Below, piece after piece: positions 1-12,354 of a DNA stretch of 64,000 nt. Where the stretch lies: the NCBI GenBank assembly GCA_951406725.2, contig OX597824.1, positions 19,034,001 to 19,098,000 of the forward strand, given 5' to 3'. Under the pieces are notes generated by a model that was not told where the DNA came from, did no database searches, and worked only from the letters and a program-made list of their open reading frames with translations. The translations under genes and the position numbers were made by a program. This stretch comes from Octopus vulgaris (taxonomy: Eukaryota). Every line of letters starts with the position of its first letter. The stretch's first letter is position 1.

Positions 1-315
1 TATAGCCCCGGGCCGACCAATGCCTTGTGAGTGGATTTGGTAGACGGAAACTGAAAGAAGCCCGTCGTATATATGTATATATATATGTGTGTGCGTGTAT
101 GTTTGTGTGTCTGTGTCTGTCCCCCTAGCATTGTTTGACAACCGATGCTGGTGTGTTTACGTCCCCGTCACTTAGCGGTTCGGCAAAAGAGACCGATAGA
201 ATAAGTACTGGGCTTACAAAAGAATAAGTCCTGGGGTCAAGTTGCTCGATTAAAGGTGGTGCTCCAGCATGGCCGCAGTCAAATGACTGAAACAAGTAAA
301 AGAGTAAAAAGAGTA
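1..315 (+). mobile_element. tRNA-derived SINE family A, head cut off by the window start
   Basis: Same body as the other family A copies (gccttgtgagtggatttggtagacggaaactgaaagaagcccgtcg ... gctccagcatggccgcagtcaaatgactgaaacaag), ending in a (GAGTAAAA)n-type tail. Confidence 0.9.
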
Positions 316-319
316 ATAT

Positions 320-497
320 ACACATATATACGTCGGGCTTCTTTCAGTTTCCGTCTACAAAATCCACTCACAAGGCTTTGGTCAACCCGAGGCTATAGTA
401 GAAGAAGACACTTGCTCAAGGTGCCACGCAGTGGGACTGAACCCGGAACCATGTGGTTGGTAAACAAGCTACTTACCACACAGCCACTTCTACGCCT
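320..497 (-). mobile_element. SINE family A, 5' half, inverted relative to copy 1-315
   Basis: Reverse complement gives the tRNA-like head aggcgtagaagtggctgtgtggtaag ... ggttccgggttcagtccc (A and B boxes) followed by a CORE-like ccttgagcaagtgtctt. Confidence 0.9.
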
Positions 498-1108
498 GTG
501 TAATTATTATAATTATTTTTACTATTTTCTCATATTTACATATTTATTTGCTCGTTTTTCTTTTTAATATATTTAATGTTTCGTCTGGGTTTTTCTTCAG
601 TCTTCTAAAATTATGCCATGTATTTCATCTGTCTAAATATTTTTGCGTGTTCGGATATTTTTTCTTCCGTTTCTTTTTCTTCTTTTTCTCTCTCATTTTT
701 TTTTTATCTTCAAAACCTTCCAAAATATTCTGGTGGATCTTGCTTGCGCTTTTACATAAAGAATGTTAAGTAAAAGCATGTTGTTGTTGTTTTTTTTTAT
801 CGTTGTTGTGGTTGTTGTTGTTATTGTTGAATTCTGTAAAAAGAACAACGAGAGTAAAAAAAAAAATATATGAAATAAATAAAAAGAAAAACAGACAGCC
901 ATTGCTAGAGAACCTTGGTTTTGGGGTAGCTTGACTCCCTCTGCTAACACCAAACGAACACTGATGCAGTGGAAAGCAACCCCTTGTGGTTAAAACAATA
1001 ATAATAATAACAACAACAATAATAATAATAATAATAATAATGATAATAATAATAATAACAATAATAGTAACAATAATAATAATAATAATAATAATAATGA
1101 TAATAATG

Positions 1109-1159
<51 letters not shown>

Positions 1160-1561
1160 TTAATAAAGAGTGGGGTGGCAAAGAAAATGATACGCAACGT
1201 TTGAGAAGTAGAGATAATATTTCTGTTGTAGCCTACATATATATCCCAGGGTTACTTCAGTTTGTCTCTGTGTTTGCAGCCTTCTACAACTCACACATAT
1301 ACATACACACATGTACGCATGCGTTCTCGTATACAAGCACACACGAGTATATAGGGACCTGTACACGCGTACACGCGCTCTTTTAGTCATGGCGCAAATT
1401 ACGTTCTTAGCATCCGCTCTTATTTCATTTTTACTTTCTACATATTTTTTTCCCTCCCTTGTTATTCTGGGCCTTGGTGTATAGTAACATAATAACCAAG
1501 TAAGGGTTTAGTGTGCCTCGCTATGTCTATGTGTGTATGTGTGTGTGTGTGTGTGTGTGTG

Positions 1562-1595
<34 letters not shown>

Positions 1596-2154
1596 TGTGT
1601 GTGTGTCTGTGTGTTGAAGGGGTGATATGGCTTGGTTTACGAAAACTTATTAACCACATGATAAACCTTATTCCTGTGAGACACCCCACCGCCCACCCCA
1701 TGAAATCTGAAGATTCTTCAGAAGAAGATTCTTACCATAGCTAGAATGATAAGAAATTTACTGAGCATCTTATATCTTTGTGTAGTCTGGTCTAGCATGG
1801 ATAATTCTTGTGTCTTTTTGTAATTTCTTTTTTTACATTCGTATCTACTTCTCTGGTAATTCCATAAGATTCTACAATTACAGTATATTCTAAAACGCAA
1901 AGGTGTTTCCTAAATACACTCTTGTTAATCAAAGCTGAAATTCAGTTTGACAATGAAGAAGGTTGTAGAAATTATATAATGGGTGATGCTGCAATGATTG
2001 TGTCTGGCACCATCAATTCCGTTTACGTAGTTCTCTGGGAGGCGAACATCAAAGGCGCTTTCCTCAAGAAAGACAGAAAATATGAGTTGGTCAGGGCCAG
2101 GTTAAGACCCATACAGCCCTAAGCACTTAGCGATATTGGTACCCCTATATTCTT

Positions 2155-2562
2155 TCTTTTCTTTTCTTTTACTTGTTTCAGTCATTTGACTGCGGCCATG
2201 CTGGAGCACCGCCTTTAGTCGAATCAAATCGACCCCAGGACTTATTCTTTGTAAGCCTAGTACTTATTCTATCGCTCTCTTTTGCCGAACCGCTAAGTTA
2301 TGGGGACCTAAACACACCAGCATATCAGTTATCAAGCGATGTTGGGGGGACGAACACAGATACACAACATATGCACACACATGCATATATATATATATAT
2401 ACATATATACGACAGGCTTCTTTCAGTTTCCGCCTATCAAATCCACTCACAAGGTTTTGGTCGGCCCGAGGCTATAGTAGAAGACACTTGTCCAAGGTGC
2501 CACGCGGTGGGACTGAACCAGGGACCACGAGCTTGAGAAGCAAGCTTCTTACCACACAGTGA
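2155..2562 (-). mobile_element. SINE family A, near full length
   Basis: Colinear with other family A copies; internal (TA)n/(TG)n slot. Confidence 0.9.
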
Positions 2563-2841
2563 CACCTACTTAAGTTTGATAAAGTTTCGAGAGGATATCT
2601 GCCCAAATTACAAGTACGTAATCAGTGCCACCAACTTTTCGTTTTGATAGAGAAGCCACTAAATTCCTGCTACTTGCCTACAATGACAGCACTAGAATGT
2701 TTTCCAAAATATGTTGACAGAAGTAATGATAAACAATACGTAACGCATATTTCTAAAATTCCAAATCAGGTCAACATATGTTATTAATATTATAAGAGGC
2801 ATTAATAATGACAATAGACGACGTGGTACAGGATATAGTTA

Positions 2842-3162
2842 AAGACTCCGTCGGTTACGACGACGAGGGTCCCAGCTGATACGATCAACGGAACAGCTTG
2901 CTCGTGAAATTAACGTGCAAATGGCTGAGCATTCCACAGACACGTGTACCCTTAACGTAGTTCTCGGGGATAATCAGTGTGACACAGAGAGTGACAAGGC
3001 TGACCCTTTGAAATACAAGTACAACTCATTTTTGCCAGCTGAGTGGACTGGAGCAACGTGAAATAAAGTGTCTTGCTCAAGTACACAACGCGTCGCCGGG
3101 AATCGAACTCACAACCTTACGATCATGAGCCGAATGCCCTAACCACTAAGCCACGCGCCCTC
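2842..3162 (-). mobile_element. tRNA-derived SINE family C1 with TSD
   Basis: A box tggcttagtgg and B box gagttcgattccc on the minus strand; flanked by direct repeat ACAG(G/A)ATATAGTTA at 2828-2841 and 3163-3176. Confidence 0.9.
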
Positions 3163-3214
3163 ACAGAATATAGTTACCAGTGTGATGATGTGCAAGGAAA
3201 GAGCGTTGCACATT

Positions 3215-4064
3215 CTTTTCTACTTTTCTACTTGAGGCCCGAGGCCCGAAATTTTGGAGAAGAGGGCCCGTCGATTATATCGACTCCAGTACGCAACTGG
3301 TACTTAATTTATCGAGCCCGAAAGGATGAAAGGCAAAATCGACCTAGGCGGAGTTTGAACTCAGAACGTAACGGCAGACGAAATACGGCTACGCATTTCG
3401 CCCGGCGTGCTAATGTTTCTGCCAGCTCGCCGCCTTATGCACACACATATATTCTTTTCACCTCTAGGCACAAGGCCCGAAATTTTGGGGGAGGAGGCCA
3501 GTCGATTAGATCGACCCTAGTATGCAACTGGTACTTAATTTATCGAACCCGAAAGGATGAAAGGCAAAGTCGACAGCATTGGAATTTGAACTCAGAACGT
3601 AAAGACAAAATACCGCTAAGTATTTCGCCCGGCGTGCTAACGTTTCTTATTTCTTTATTGCCCACAAGGGGCTAAGCATAGAGGGGACAAACAAGGACAG
3701 ACAAAGGGATAAAGTCGATTACATCGACCCCAGTGCATAACTGGTACTTATTTAATCGACCTCGAAAGGATGAAAGGCAAAGTCAATCTCGGCGGAATTT
3801 GAAATCAGAACGTAACGGCAGACGAAATACCTATTTCTTTACTACCCACAAGGGGCTAAACACAGAGCGGACAAACAAGGACAGACATAGGTATTAAGTC
3901 GATTACATCGACCCCAGTGCGTAACTGGTACTTATTTAATCGATCTCGAAAGGATGAAAGGCAAAGTCGATCTCGGCGGAATTTGAACTCAGAACGTAAC
4001 GGCAGACGAAATACCACTAAGCATTTCGCCCGGCGTGCTAACGTTTCTGCCAGCTCGCCGCTTT
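3215..4064 (-). mobile_element. Composite of four SINE family B units (Nin/Deu-like central domain)
   Basis: Repeated gcctttcatcctttcggggtcgataaattaagtaccag body; whole block flanked by AAGAGCGTTGCA(C/T)ATT at 3199-3214 and 4065-4080. Confidence 0.88.
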
Positions 4065-4254
4065 AAGAGCGTTGCATATTGTAACAGAAACCAAAGTGAG
4101 ATTTTTTTTTAAAAATCTATTGTATATTTGACAAAGTATTTTCGTATGTGTGTGCATGTGTGCGTGTGTACGTGTTTTAATACGGCCTGTATATACTTAT
4201 TGCCTAAATCTCCGTTGCCACTTCAGTGCTGTATCTATTTGTTTTACTATTTTA

Positions 4255-4491
4255 CCTATTTTTTTTTTACTACCCACAAGGGGCTAAACACAGAGAGGAC
4301 AAACAAGCACAGACAAACGGATTATGTCGATTAGGTCGACCACAGTGCGTAACTGGTACTTATTAAATCGACCCCGAAAGGATGAAAGGCAAAGTCAACC
4401 TCGGCGGAATTTGAACTCAGAACGTAATGGCAGACGAAATACGGCTACACATTTCGCCCGGCGTGCTAACGATTCTGCCAGCTCGCCGCCT
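4255..4491 (-). mobile_element. SINE family B monomer
   Basis: Head ggcggcgagctggcagaatcgttagc, B box gagttcaaattcc, tail type 1. Confidence 0.88.
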
Positions 4492-4555
4492 TTTGTTTTA
4501 CTATTTTACCTCCTCTTCATACTCTTAATTGAAAACCTTACTATTTCAAATCTTT

Positions 4556-4621
<66 letters not shown>

Positions 4622-4807
4622 TCTATCTCTCTGTCTCCCGATGAACAGATATATACTCTTTTACTTGTTACAGTCTCATTCAGTAAGAGGTTCAATACCT
4701 CCTCTTGTTCTTTTGTGTAAAAAATAATGTTTTAATTTGTAAATTGACTATTAAGTCCAATAATTGTAGAAACGGGAGTAAGAGGTTCAGTACCTCGGTA
4801 TGTATAA

Positions 4808-5042
4808 GGGGGCGAGCTGGCAGAAACGTTAGCACGCCGGGCGAAATGCGTAGGCGTATTTTGTCTGTCGTTACGTTGCGAGTTCAAATTCCGCCGAGGT
4901 CGACTTTGCCTTTCATCCTTTCGGGGTCGATAAATTAAGTACCAGTTACGCACTGGGGACGATGTAATCGACTTAATACCTATGTCTGTCCTTGTTTGTC
5001 CCCTCTGTGTTTAGCGCCTTGTGGGCAATAAAGAAATAGGTA
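4808..5042 (+). mobile_element. SINE family B monomer inserted in a local ~100-bp tandem repeat
   Basis: Full head, body and tail type 1; flanks 4713-4800 and 5070-5176 are copies of each other. Confidence 0.88.
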
Positions 5043-5313
5043 TGTTTTTTTTGTGTGTGTGTGTGTGTTTAAAATAATAATGTTTCAATTTGTAAATGGA
5101 CTATTAAGTCCAATAATTGTAAAACGGGAGAGGTCCAATACCTCGGTTTGTTTTTTTGTGTAAAAATAATGTTTTAGAGAAGCAAAAAAATCGGCGGGCG
5201 TTTTTGTCTTCTCCCATTAATATCATTTTATTTCATCATTCACCTCATCAATGTTTCTCTCCAGCCCGCAAGCTACTCTGTATCATGCCTTTATGGGGAA
5301 ATTTTTTGAAATA

Positions 5314-5448
5314 AAGTAGCTTGCTCACTATCCACATGGTTCCGAGCTCAGTCCCACTGCGTGGCTCCTTAGGCAAGTGTCTTCTACTATAGCCTCAAGT
5401 TGACCAAAGCCTTTGAGTGAATTTGGCAGAACGAAAACTGAAAGCTCG

Positions 5449-5482
<34 letters not shown>

Positions 5483-5492
5483 GTATATATAT

Positions 5493-5549
<57 letters not shown>

Positions 5550-5775
5550 TGCATGTGTGTGTGTGTGTGTGTGTGTATTTGTGTGTTTGTCCCCCAACAT
5601 CGCTTGACAACCGATGCTGGTATGCTTACGTGTTTTCGGCAAGAGAGATTGATAAAATATGTACTAGGCTTACAAAGAATAAGTCCTGGAGTCGATTTGC
5701 TCGACTAAAGGCGGTGCTCCAGCATGGCCGCAGTCAAATGACTGAAGCTAGTAAAAGAATAAAAGAATAGAAGAA
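5314..5775 (+). mobile_element. SINE family A
   Basis: Colinear with family A; expanded internal (TA)n(TG)n. Confidence 0.85.
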
Positions 5776-6370
5776 TGCAATACAAGTATTAACGACAATA
5801 GGAATGATGGGAAGAAGACAGCTTGGAACTCAACATATTGAGTGGTCATTAGACATTTCTAAAAAAAGCAATATTTTATCGATTCCATTTGGAAAACGCA
5901 AAAAACGATCTTTCGATAGTATTTATGGACCTAAATACACATTATTCATCAGGAAAATAATTTTTAAAAAACACCTTTAATTAAAACGTTAATTCTGTTG
6001 CAAAATTATGCTTTAGCTGTAAGTGTGTGACTGTTAAAACCAATATTTAATTCAGCATATATTTCCATAAGTTTAATATAATGAACATATGTAGGTCAAT
6101 ATCTGACAATTTATCATTTATAATTCATTTGTTGTTCGACGTGTTAGAGTACATGTTACTTCTACAAAAGTTGGAAGTCTGCAATCCGGTTTCGATTACC
6201 GATAAAACCTATTGTAGATCACTTGGTAGACTCGGGATATATTCGATGTATCGTAACATCCTTTCCTTTCTCTCCGTATGTTTTCTTTCTTTTCATTTTT
6301 TTTGTTTTGTTCTTTTTTTTTTTTTTTGCTTATGCAAGTGGTCTTCATTATCAGTAGGATGGTGGGGGCG

Positions 6371-6610
6371 GAGGCAAGTTGGCAGAAGTGTTAGCGCGTT
6401 GGATTAAAATCTTAGCAGCATTTCTACTGGTTCTTTCCGTTCTGAGTTCAAATCGCGCCGAGGTCAACATTGCTTATCATTCTTACGGGGGGTCGACAAA
6501 ATAAAATAAAATAAAATAAATAGTAATGAAATATTTTCTGGTCAATGGAATCGATATATCGTCTTCCCTCAAAACTGCTGAACCCGAGCCAGAATTTGAA
6601 AGAAATATTT
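6371..6610 (+). mobile_element. Diverged (older) SINE family B copy
   Basis: ggcaagttggcagaagtgttagc ... ttctgagttcaaatcgcgccgaggtcaac aligns to the family B head and body. Confidence 0.7.
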
Positions 6611-6704
6611 CAGACACAAGCACACGGTTAGTTTGAAAAATGCTAACGCAAGAAACTTCCGTCCCTTGAGTCACTCTATTGTTTCTGCGAAATATATATA
6701 TATA

Positions 6705-7957
6705 CAAGGTGCGTAAGATATTTGAGAATAGATGTATGTTTATAAAAAAAAAACAGATATATATAATAACAGATAATAACTTTATCTATCAAAAAATGTT
6801 ATGTTGATAAAAATAAACCTTCTTTTCTATAATGTTATTCAAGAAAGCCACCTTCAGCTTCAACAACTGCTTCTATATGAGATCTAAATCATTTACCTGC
6901 TCGAATCAAGTGGTCCCGATTCATTTTGGATATTATTCTGACTATGGCAGCTTTCAAAGAATATTTGGTGTTATATGCGTGTTCATTGACATCTCTCTCT
7001 CTCTCTCTCTCAGCAACGCTCCACATGTAATAGTCCAATGGATTGATATCTGGGGAATTAGACCAGATGTTAGGGGTTATGTGAACATGAAACTTTTCAG
7101 CTATCCATTCCTGTGTTACTAGAGCCATGTGTGGTAGTGCAGAGTTTTACTGAAACACATATGACATTCCATTGCATACACTGTCTATCCAGAGCTTAAC
7201 AATTATTTCCAGGAACTCAATGTACGTGGCATTGTGGAAATGTAAGGCCTTGTGGAAAGAAGTAAGGCGGCATCATATGTCCTTCATTGCTGACAACCCC
7301 TAAAACCATGACACTTGCAGGAAACCTTGTATGCATAAAACTTGGAAATTCAGAAGGGTCTGCACATAATCGTCTGCCATTTCTTCTGATAACATTTTGA
7401 TCTTCGTTGAATTTTTTTTCGTTTGAGAAAAACCGATTCAAATCTTCCTCTGTTGGATTTTTCAATTTATTTAAGAGCCTTTTAGATCTGATGTAGTGAT
7501 GTTCTTTTGCTTTTTCTGACAAATTGACCTTTCCTCATCATATAATACTTATATCTGATGGACAACATTTCTGACTGTTCCTTCTGACAACATGGAGATT
7601 TTTTGCAATTGACCTCATGGACTTTCTAGGATTGTAATCAATACTCTGTTAAACTTGCTAGATAAATTCAGGAGTCCCGATGATTTCAGAGTGTTTAGAA
7701 CGTGTTTTATGCTTTGATACTGGTCAAATGTTTCAATCTTCAGTCTCTAGCTTCTTAGAAACTTTGAAGACGAAAGATCTAGCAACTTTTAAAAATCATG
7801 TTCAGCCTTTATAACCACAATAACAGTATGCCTCTTTATTTCTTGAGTAAGTTGAGGCTCTGCCATTATTATTTTCTGAAACAAAGATTATACAGAGTTA
7901 GCAAAACATTCAACAGTGACCCAAAAAATGTGTCTTCAAATACCTTACCAAACCCTG
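6705..7957 (-). mobile_element. Decayed full-length IS630-Tc1-mariner transposon, maT/DD37D type
   Basis: Minus-strand peptides FFSNEKKF..., SVMVLGVVSNEG and WSNSPDINPLDYYMWS match DDD transposase motifs (FSDEK, SVMVWG, SPDLNPLDY). Imperfect TIRs caaggtgcgtaagatatttga / tcaaataccttaccaaaccctg; TA on both sides; frameshifted. Confidence 0.85.
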
Positions 7958-7998
7958 TATTCTTTTATTCTTTTACTCTTTTACTTGTTTCAGTTATT

Positions 7999-8368
7999 TG
8001 TCGATGAAATATAATCAAAATGTAGAATCTAGTTTAATGAAGTAATCTAGGAAAGAAAGTTCAGAAATAGGAAATGCAGAAATAACAGCTAAGTGGTGGC
8101 TTTCAGTCGTATGGCATAGAGAAATAGGCAGGCATAGCAACTACGTGAATGGCTCAGAGTCTAGTCGACTAAGAAACAGAGAGCAGGGCAAGTAAGATGT
8201 TTTTATTAATGGAACGCTAGACATTCTAGAAACTTCCAAGAGAAACGCGAAGCTTCTTGAATAATTAAGAATTACTTCTCATGACGTAGATGTTTCGAGA
8301 AACTTATTAAAGGGAGATTACTCTATAAAACTTCTTGCAAGATAGATCATTCAACTATTTTAGCTACA
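7999..8368 (-). mobile_element. Possible solo LTR
   Basis: TG...CA ends (tgtcga / gctaca), ~370 bp, AATAAA on the minus strand near 8205, interrupts a SINE A tail; no TSD found. Confidence 0.25.
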
Positions 8369-8384
8369 GACCAGAGACTACTTC

Positions 8385-8463
8385 ACATGCACACATACAT
8401 AAACACATACATACATACATGCATGCATTAATACATACATACATACGTACATACATACATACA

Positions 8464-8496
<33 letters not shown>

Positions 8497-9310
8497 GCAT
8501 ACGTGAGTACATGCACGCATACGTAAATACATGCTTACAAACACACAAGCATATATACGTATAAGCATGCATATATGCATACATATATTCATACATAACA
8601 TACTTGCATACATGCATCCATGTATACATACATGCATGCAGACATACATACATACACACATGCATAGATATGTACATACATGCATTCATATATAACATAC
8701 TTGCATACAAGCATACATGCATACATACATACATGCATACATACATACATACGTGCATACATAGATACATACATTAATACATACATGTATACATACGTAC
8801 ACACATACATAGGTACATGCACACATACATACATACGTGCGTACATACATACACATACATACATACATACATACATACATACATACATTCATACATACAT
8901 ACATACATACATATATACGTGCATACATAGATACATACATTAATACATACATGTATACATACATATGTACACACATACATAAGTACATGCACACATACAT
9001 ACGTGCGTACATACTTACACACACACACATACATACATACATGCATACGTATGTACATGCCTGCATATATACAGATATACATTAATACATAACATGCTTG
9101 TATTCATACATACATACATGCATACATGTATACATGCATACATATGTGGATGTGTGCATGTATACATACATACGTACATTCATACATAACATGATTGCAT
9201 ACATATATACATACATACATACATACATACATAATGCGTACCTACATACATACGTGTATACATACATGCATACATACGTACATGCAAATATACGTACATA
9301 CATACATACA
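8385..9310. repeat. Degenerate (CATA)n microsatellite tract
   Basis: Direct reading; includes an internal ~180-bp duplication. Confidence 0.9.
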
Positions 9311-9344
9311 TTTATATTAAACAAAGGAGACAATTGATCCCTTG

Positions 9345-9800
9345 GAGCTGAAAGATGCAACCTAAAATGTAGGTTATGTCATATCCATATGGATGACATC
9401 ACACATGTTATTGCTAGCTTCCCCCAAAATGTCATCGAGGCACAAAAATCAACACAAGGAAAGCTGGTGAAACATTTCCATCACAGCATCTTTCAAGTGT
9501 ATACGTAACAGACCGAATAGTGCTGTTTGGGACAGACAAAAAAACTTATGTGCCGTCATAGAGGTCAGCTGCCCTGCTGATGTGAATAACTCTTTGAAAA
9601 ATCAAGGAGAAAGAGGATAATTATGGACAATTGCTTCGGCGCCTCCAACTTCTATATCCAGATTATAAATTCACATTTATACCATTAATAATTAGTGCGC
9701 TTGGCCTTGTGAGTAAATGCCTAACGGACAATCCGGACAAGCTGGTATTTTGAGGGAAAGAGTTCAATCAGCTCACACGATACATTTACAGTCTGTAAGT
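9345..9800 (+). mobile_element. Decayed C-terminal fragment of an RLE-type (R2 group) non-LTR retrotransposon
   Basis: Manual translation gives KCRLCHIHMDDITHVIASF (CCHC knuckle relic), then RNRPNSAVWDRQKNLCAVIEVSCPAD and KEKEDNYGQL...IPLIISALG (PD-D/E nuclease region); frameshifted. Confidence 0.75.
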
Positions 9801-9822
9801 TGGAAAAGTAAAAATATGCGAG

Positions 9823-9978
9823 TCACTGTGTGGTAAGTAGCTTGCTTACGAACCACATGGTTCCGGGTTCAGTCCCACTGCGTGGCACCTTGGGCAAGTG
9901 TCTTCTACTATAGCCTCGGGCCGACCAATGCCTTGTGAGTGGATTTTGGTAGACGGAAACTGAAAGAAGCCCGTCGTA

Positions 9979-10027
<49 letters not shown>

Positions 10028-10255
10028 TTGTGTGTCTGTGTTTGCCCCCCTGCTAGCATTGCTTGACAACCGATGCTGGTGTGTTTATGTCCCCGTAACT
10101 TAGCGGTTCGGCAAAAGAGACCGATAGAATAAGTACTGGCGCTTACAAAAGAATAAATCCCGGGGTCGAGTTGCTCGATTAAAAAGGCGGTGCTCCAGCA
10201 TGGCCGCAGTCAAATGACTGAAACAAGTAAAAGAGTACAAGAGTAAAAGAGTATA
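9823..10255 (+). mobile_element. SINE family A, near full length
   Basis: tRNA-like head, CORE-like ccttgggcaagtgtctt, tail repeats. Confidence 0.9.
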
Positions 10256-10499
10256 AGAGTTTTTCAAGTTTAAATTGTGGTATTGTTTTCGATATCGACA
10301 TTCAAATGATGGAGCCTCGTATATTTGTGAGAAACCAGTCGTTCTCCTCAGATGAAGAATTTAAATATGACAATATTTTAAGTAATTAAATGCGTTTTCT
10401 ATTTATACTAATATATAAAGTAATTAAAATAAGAACTTTTTACTTTATTTTGGTCCTGTGGCGCCACCACTTAAATGTGGCGTTTAGATCGGTGTCCGA

Positions 10500-10608
10500 T
10501 CTTTTTGTCAATCAATCATTCAGTTGTCAATTTCTATTAGACCTAGAAACAATAAGGGCAGTGACTATATATCATATGTCATATATCATACATACATACA
10601 TATATACA

Positions 10609-10642
<34 letters not shown>

Positions 10643-10693
10643 CATACATACATACATACATACATACATACATACATACATACATACATACAT

Positions 10694-10724
<31 letters not shown>

Positions 10725-10818
10725 CATATTTATATATATATATATTGGGAGAGAGAGAGAGACAGACAGACAGATAGACAGACAGAGCGCGAGAGACAGA
10801 CACACAAAGGGCATATAC

Positions 10819-10868
<50 letters not shown>

Positions 10869-10956
10869 TTATACTGTATACGTACATATATACATACACG
10901 CATTTATGCACGCACACGGTCACAAACAGACATATATATATGTGTGTGTATGTTTG

Positions 10957-10998
<42 letters not shown>

Positions 10999-11018
10999 CA
11001 TATATGTGTGTGTGCATA

Positions 11019-11075
<57 letters not shown>

Positions 11076-11144
11076 AGTCACTGCCCTTATCTTTGCCAGG
11101 TCCACCAGAAATCGATAAACTTAGGTGATTGATTGACAAAGAGA
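10500..11144. repeat. Pair of ~68-bp inverted arms flanking a compound microsatellite
   Basis: 10500-10567 (ttgtcaatcaatca ... ataagggcagtgacta) is an imperfect reverse complement of 11075-11144 (tagtcactgcccttat ... tgattgattgacaaa). Confidence 0.75.
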
Positions 11145-11370
11145 CCAAAGACTGCAAATGAATAAATATAAAAGAAAAAAACACGATGTTCAGAAATGGT
11201 TTCATTCGTTAAAAGAAAGACTTCTGCAGAGGAGGGCGTTTCGACGAAGAGCGTTGAAAAATAAAGGCCAAACTGTCAACTGTCATACTATTTGTATATC
11301 GAACGGAAAACTTGATCAAATCTCTTACATAATACATGTATATATACATTTATTAAATTTATATGCAAAC

Positions 11371-11409
<39 letters not shown>

Positions 11410-11420
11410 TGTGTGTGTAT

Positions 11421-11586
11421 AGGCACAGGAGTAGTTGTGGGGTAAGTTGCTTGCTTACCAACCACATGGTTCCGGGTTGAGTCACACTGCGTGGCTCCTT
11501 GAGCAAGTGTTTTCTACTGTAGCCTCGGGCCGACCAAAGCCTTCTGAATGGAATAGGTAGTCGGAAACTGAATGAAGCCCGTCGTA

Positions 11587-11663
<77 letters not shown>

Positions 11664-11865
11664 TTGCTTGTCCCCCCACCAAAACAAAAAATTGCTTGGC
11701 AATCGATGCTGGTGTGTTAACATCCCCGTAACTAAGCGGTTCGGCAAATGATACCGATAGAATAAGTACTAGGCTTACTAAGAATAAGTCCTGGGGGTCG
11801 ATTTGCTCGACTAAAGGCGGTGCTCCAGCATGGCTGCAGTCAAATGACTGAAACAAATAAAAGAA
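11421..11865 (+). mobile_element. SINE family A, full length
   Basis: Starts aggcacaggagtagttgtggggtaag; colinear with family A. Confidence 0.88.
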
Positions 11866-12083
11866 TATAATTATATATATAAATATAAGCATACATAATA
11901 TACATTATGTATGTATGTATGTATGGTACTGTATTGTATTTCACATGGAATTGCTGTTTCTCCAAAGTTCTCTTGGAGTTAAAGTCGACTTAACTGTTTT
12001 CTCTGTAAATTTTGGTCTAAAAACTTCGAAATGTATTCCAGAATACCTTATTCACATATTGTTCAATATGTGTATAACATAGG

Positions 12084-12166
<83 letters not shown>

Positions 12167-12268
12167 CATACATACATACATACATACATACATTCATACA
12201 TACATATATACATACATACATACATACATACATACATACATACATACATACATACACACTCACACACT

Positions 12269-12309
<41 letters not shown>

Positions 12310-12354
12310 ATTAAAACCAGTGGCCTAGCATATTTAAAAATTCCGAAGATTAAA

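Noticed and set aside
3073-3675. 200-aa ORF and similar RNWYLIYRPRKDERQS or FQSFDCGHAGAPP ORFs
   Set aside because: Chance translations of SINE B and SINE A copies.
11236-11265. Another hammerhead-like motif (cgacgaagagc...gaaa)
   Set aside because: Stem II partner and cleavage triplet are missing.
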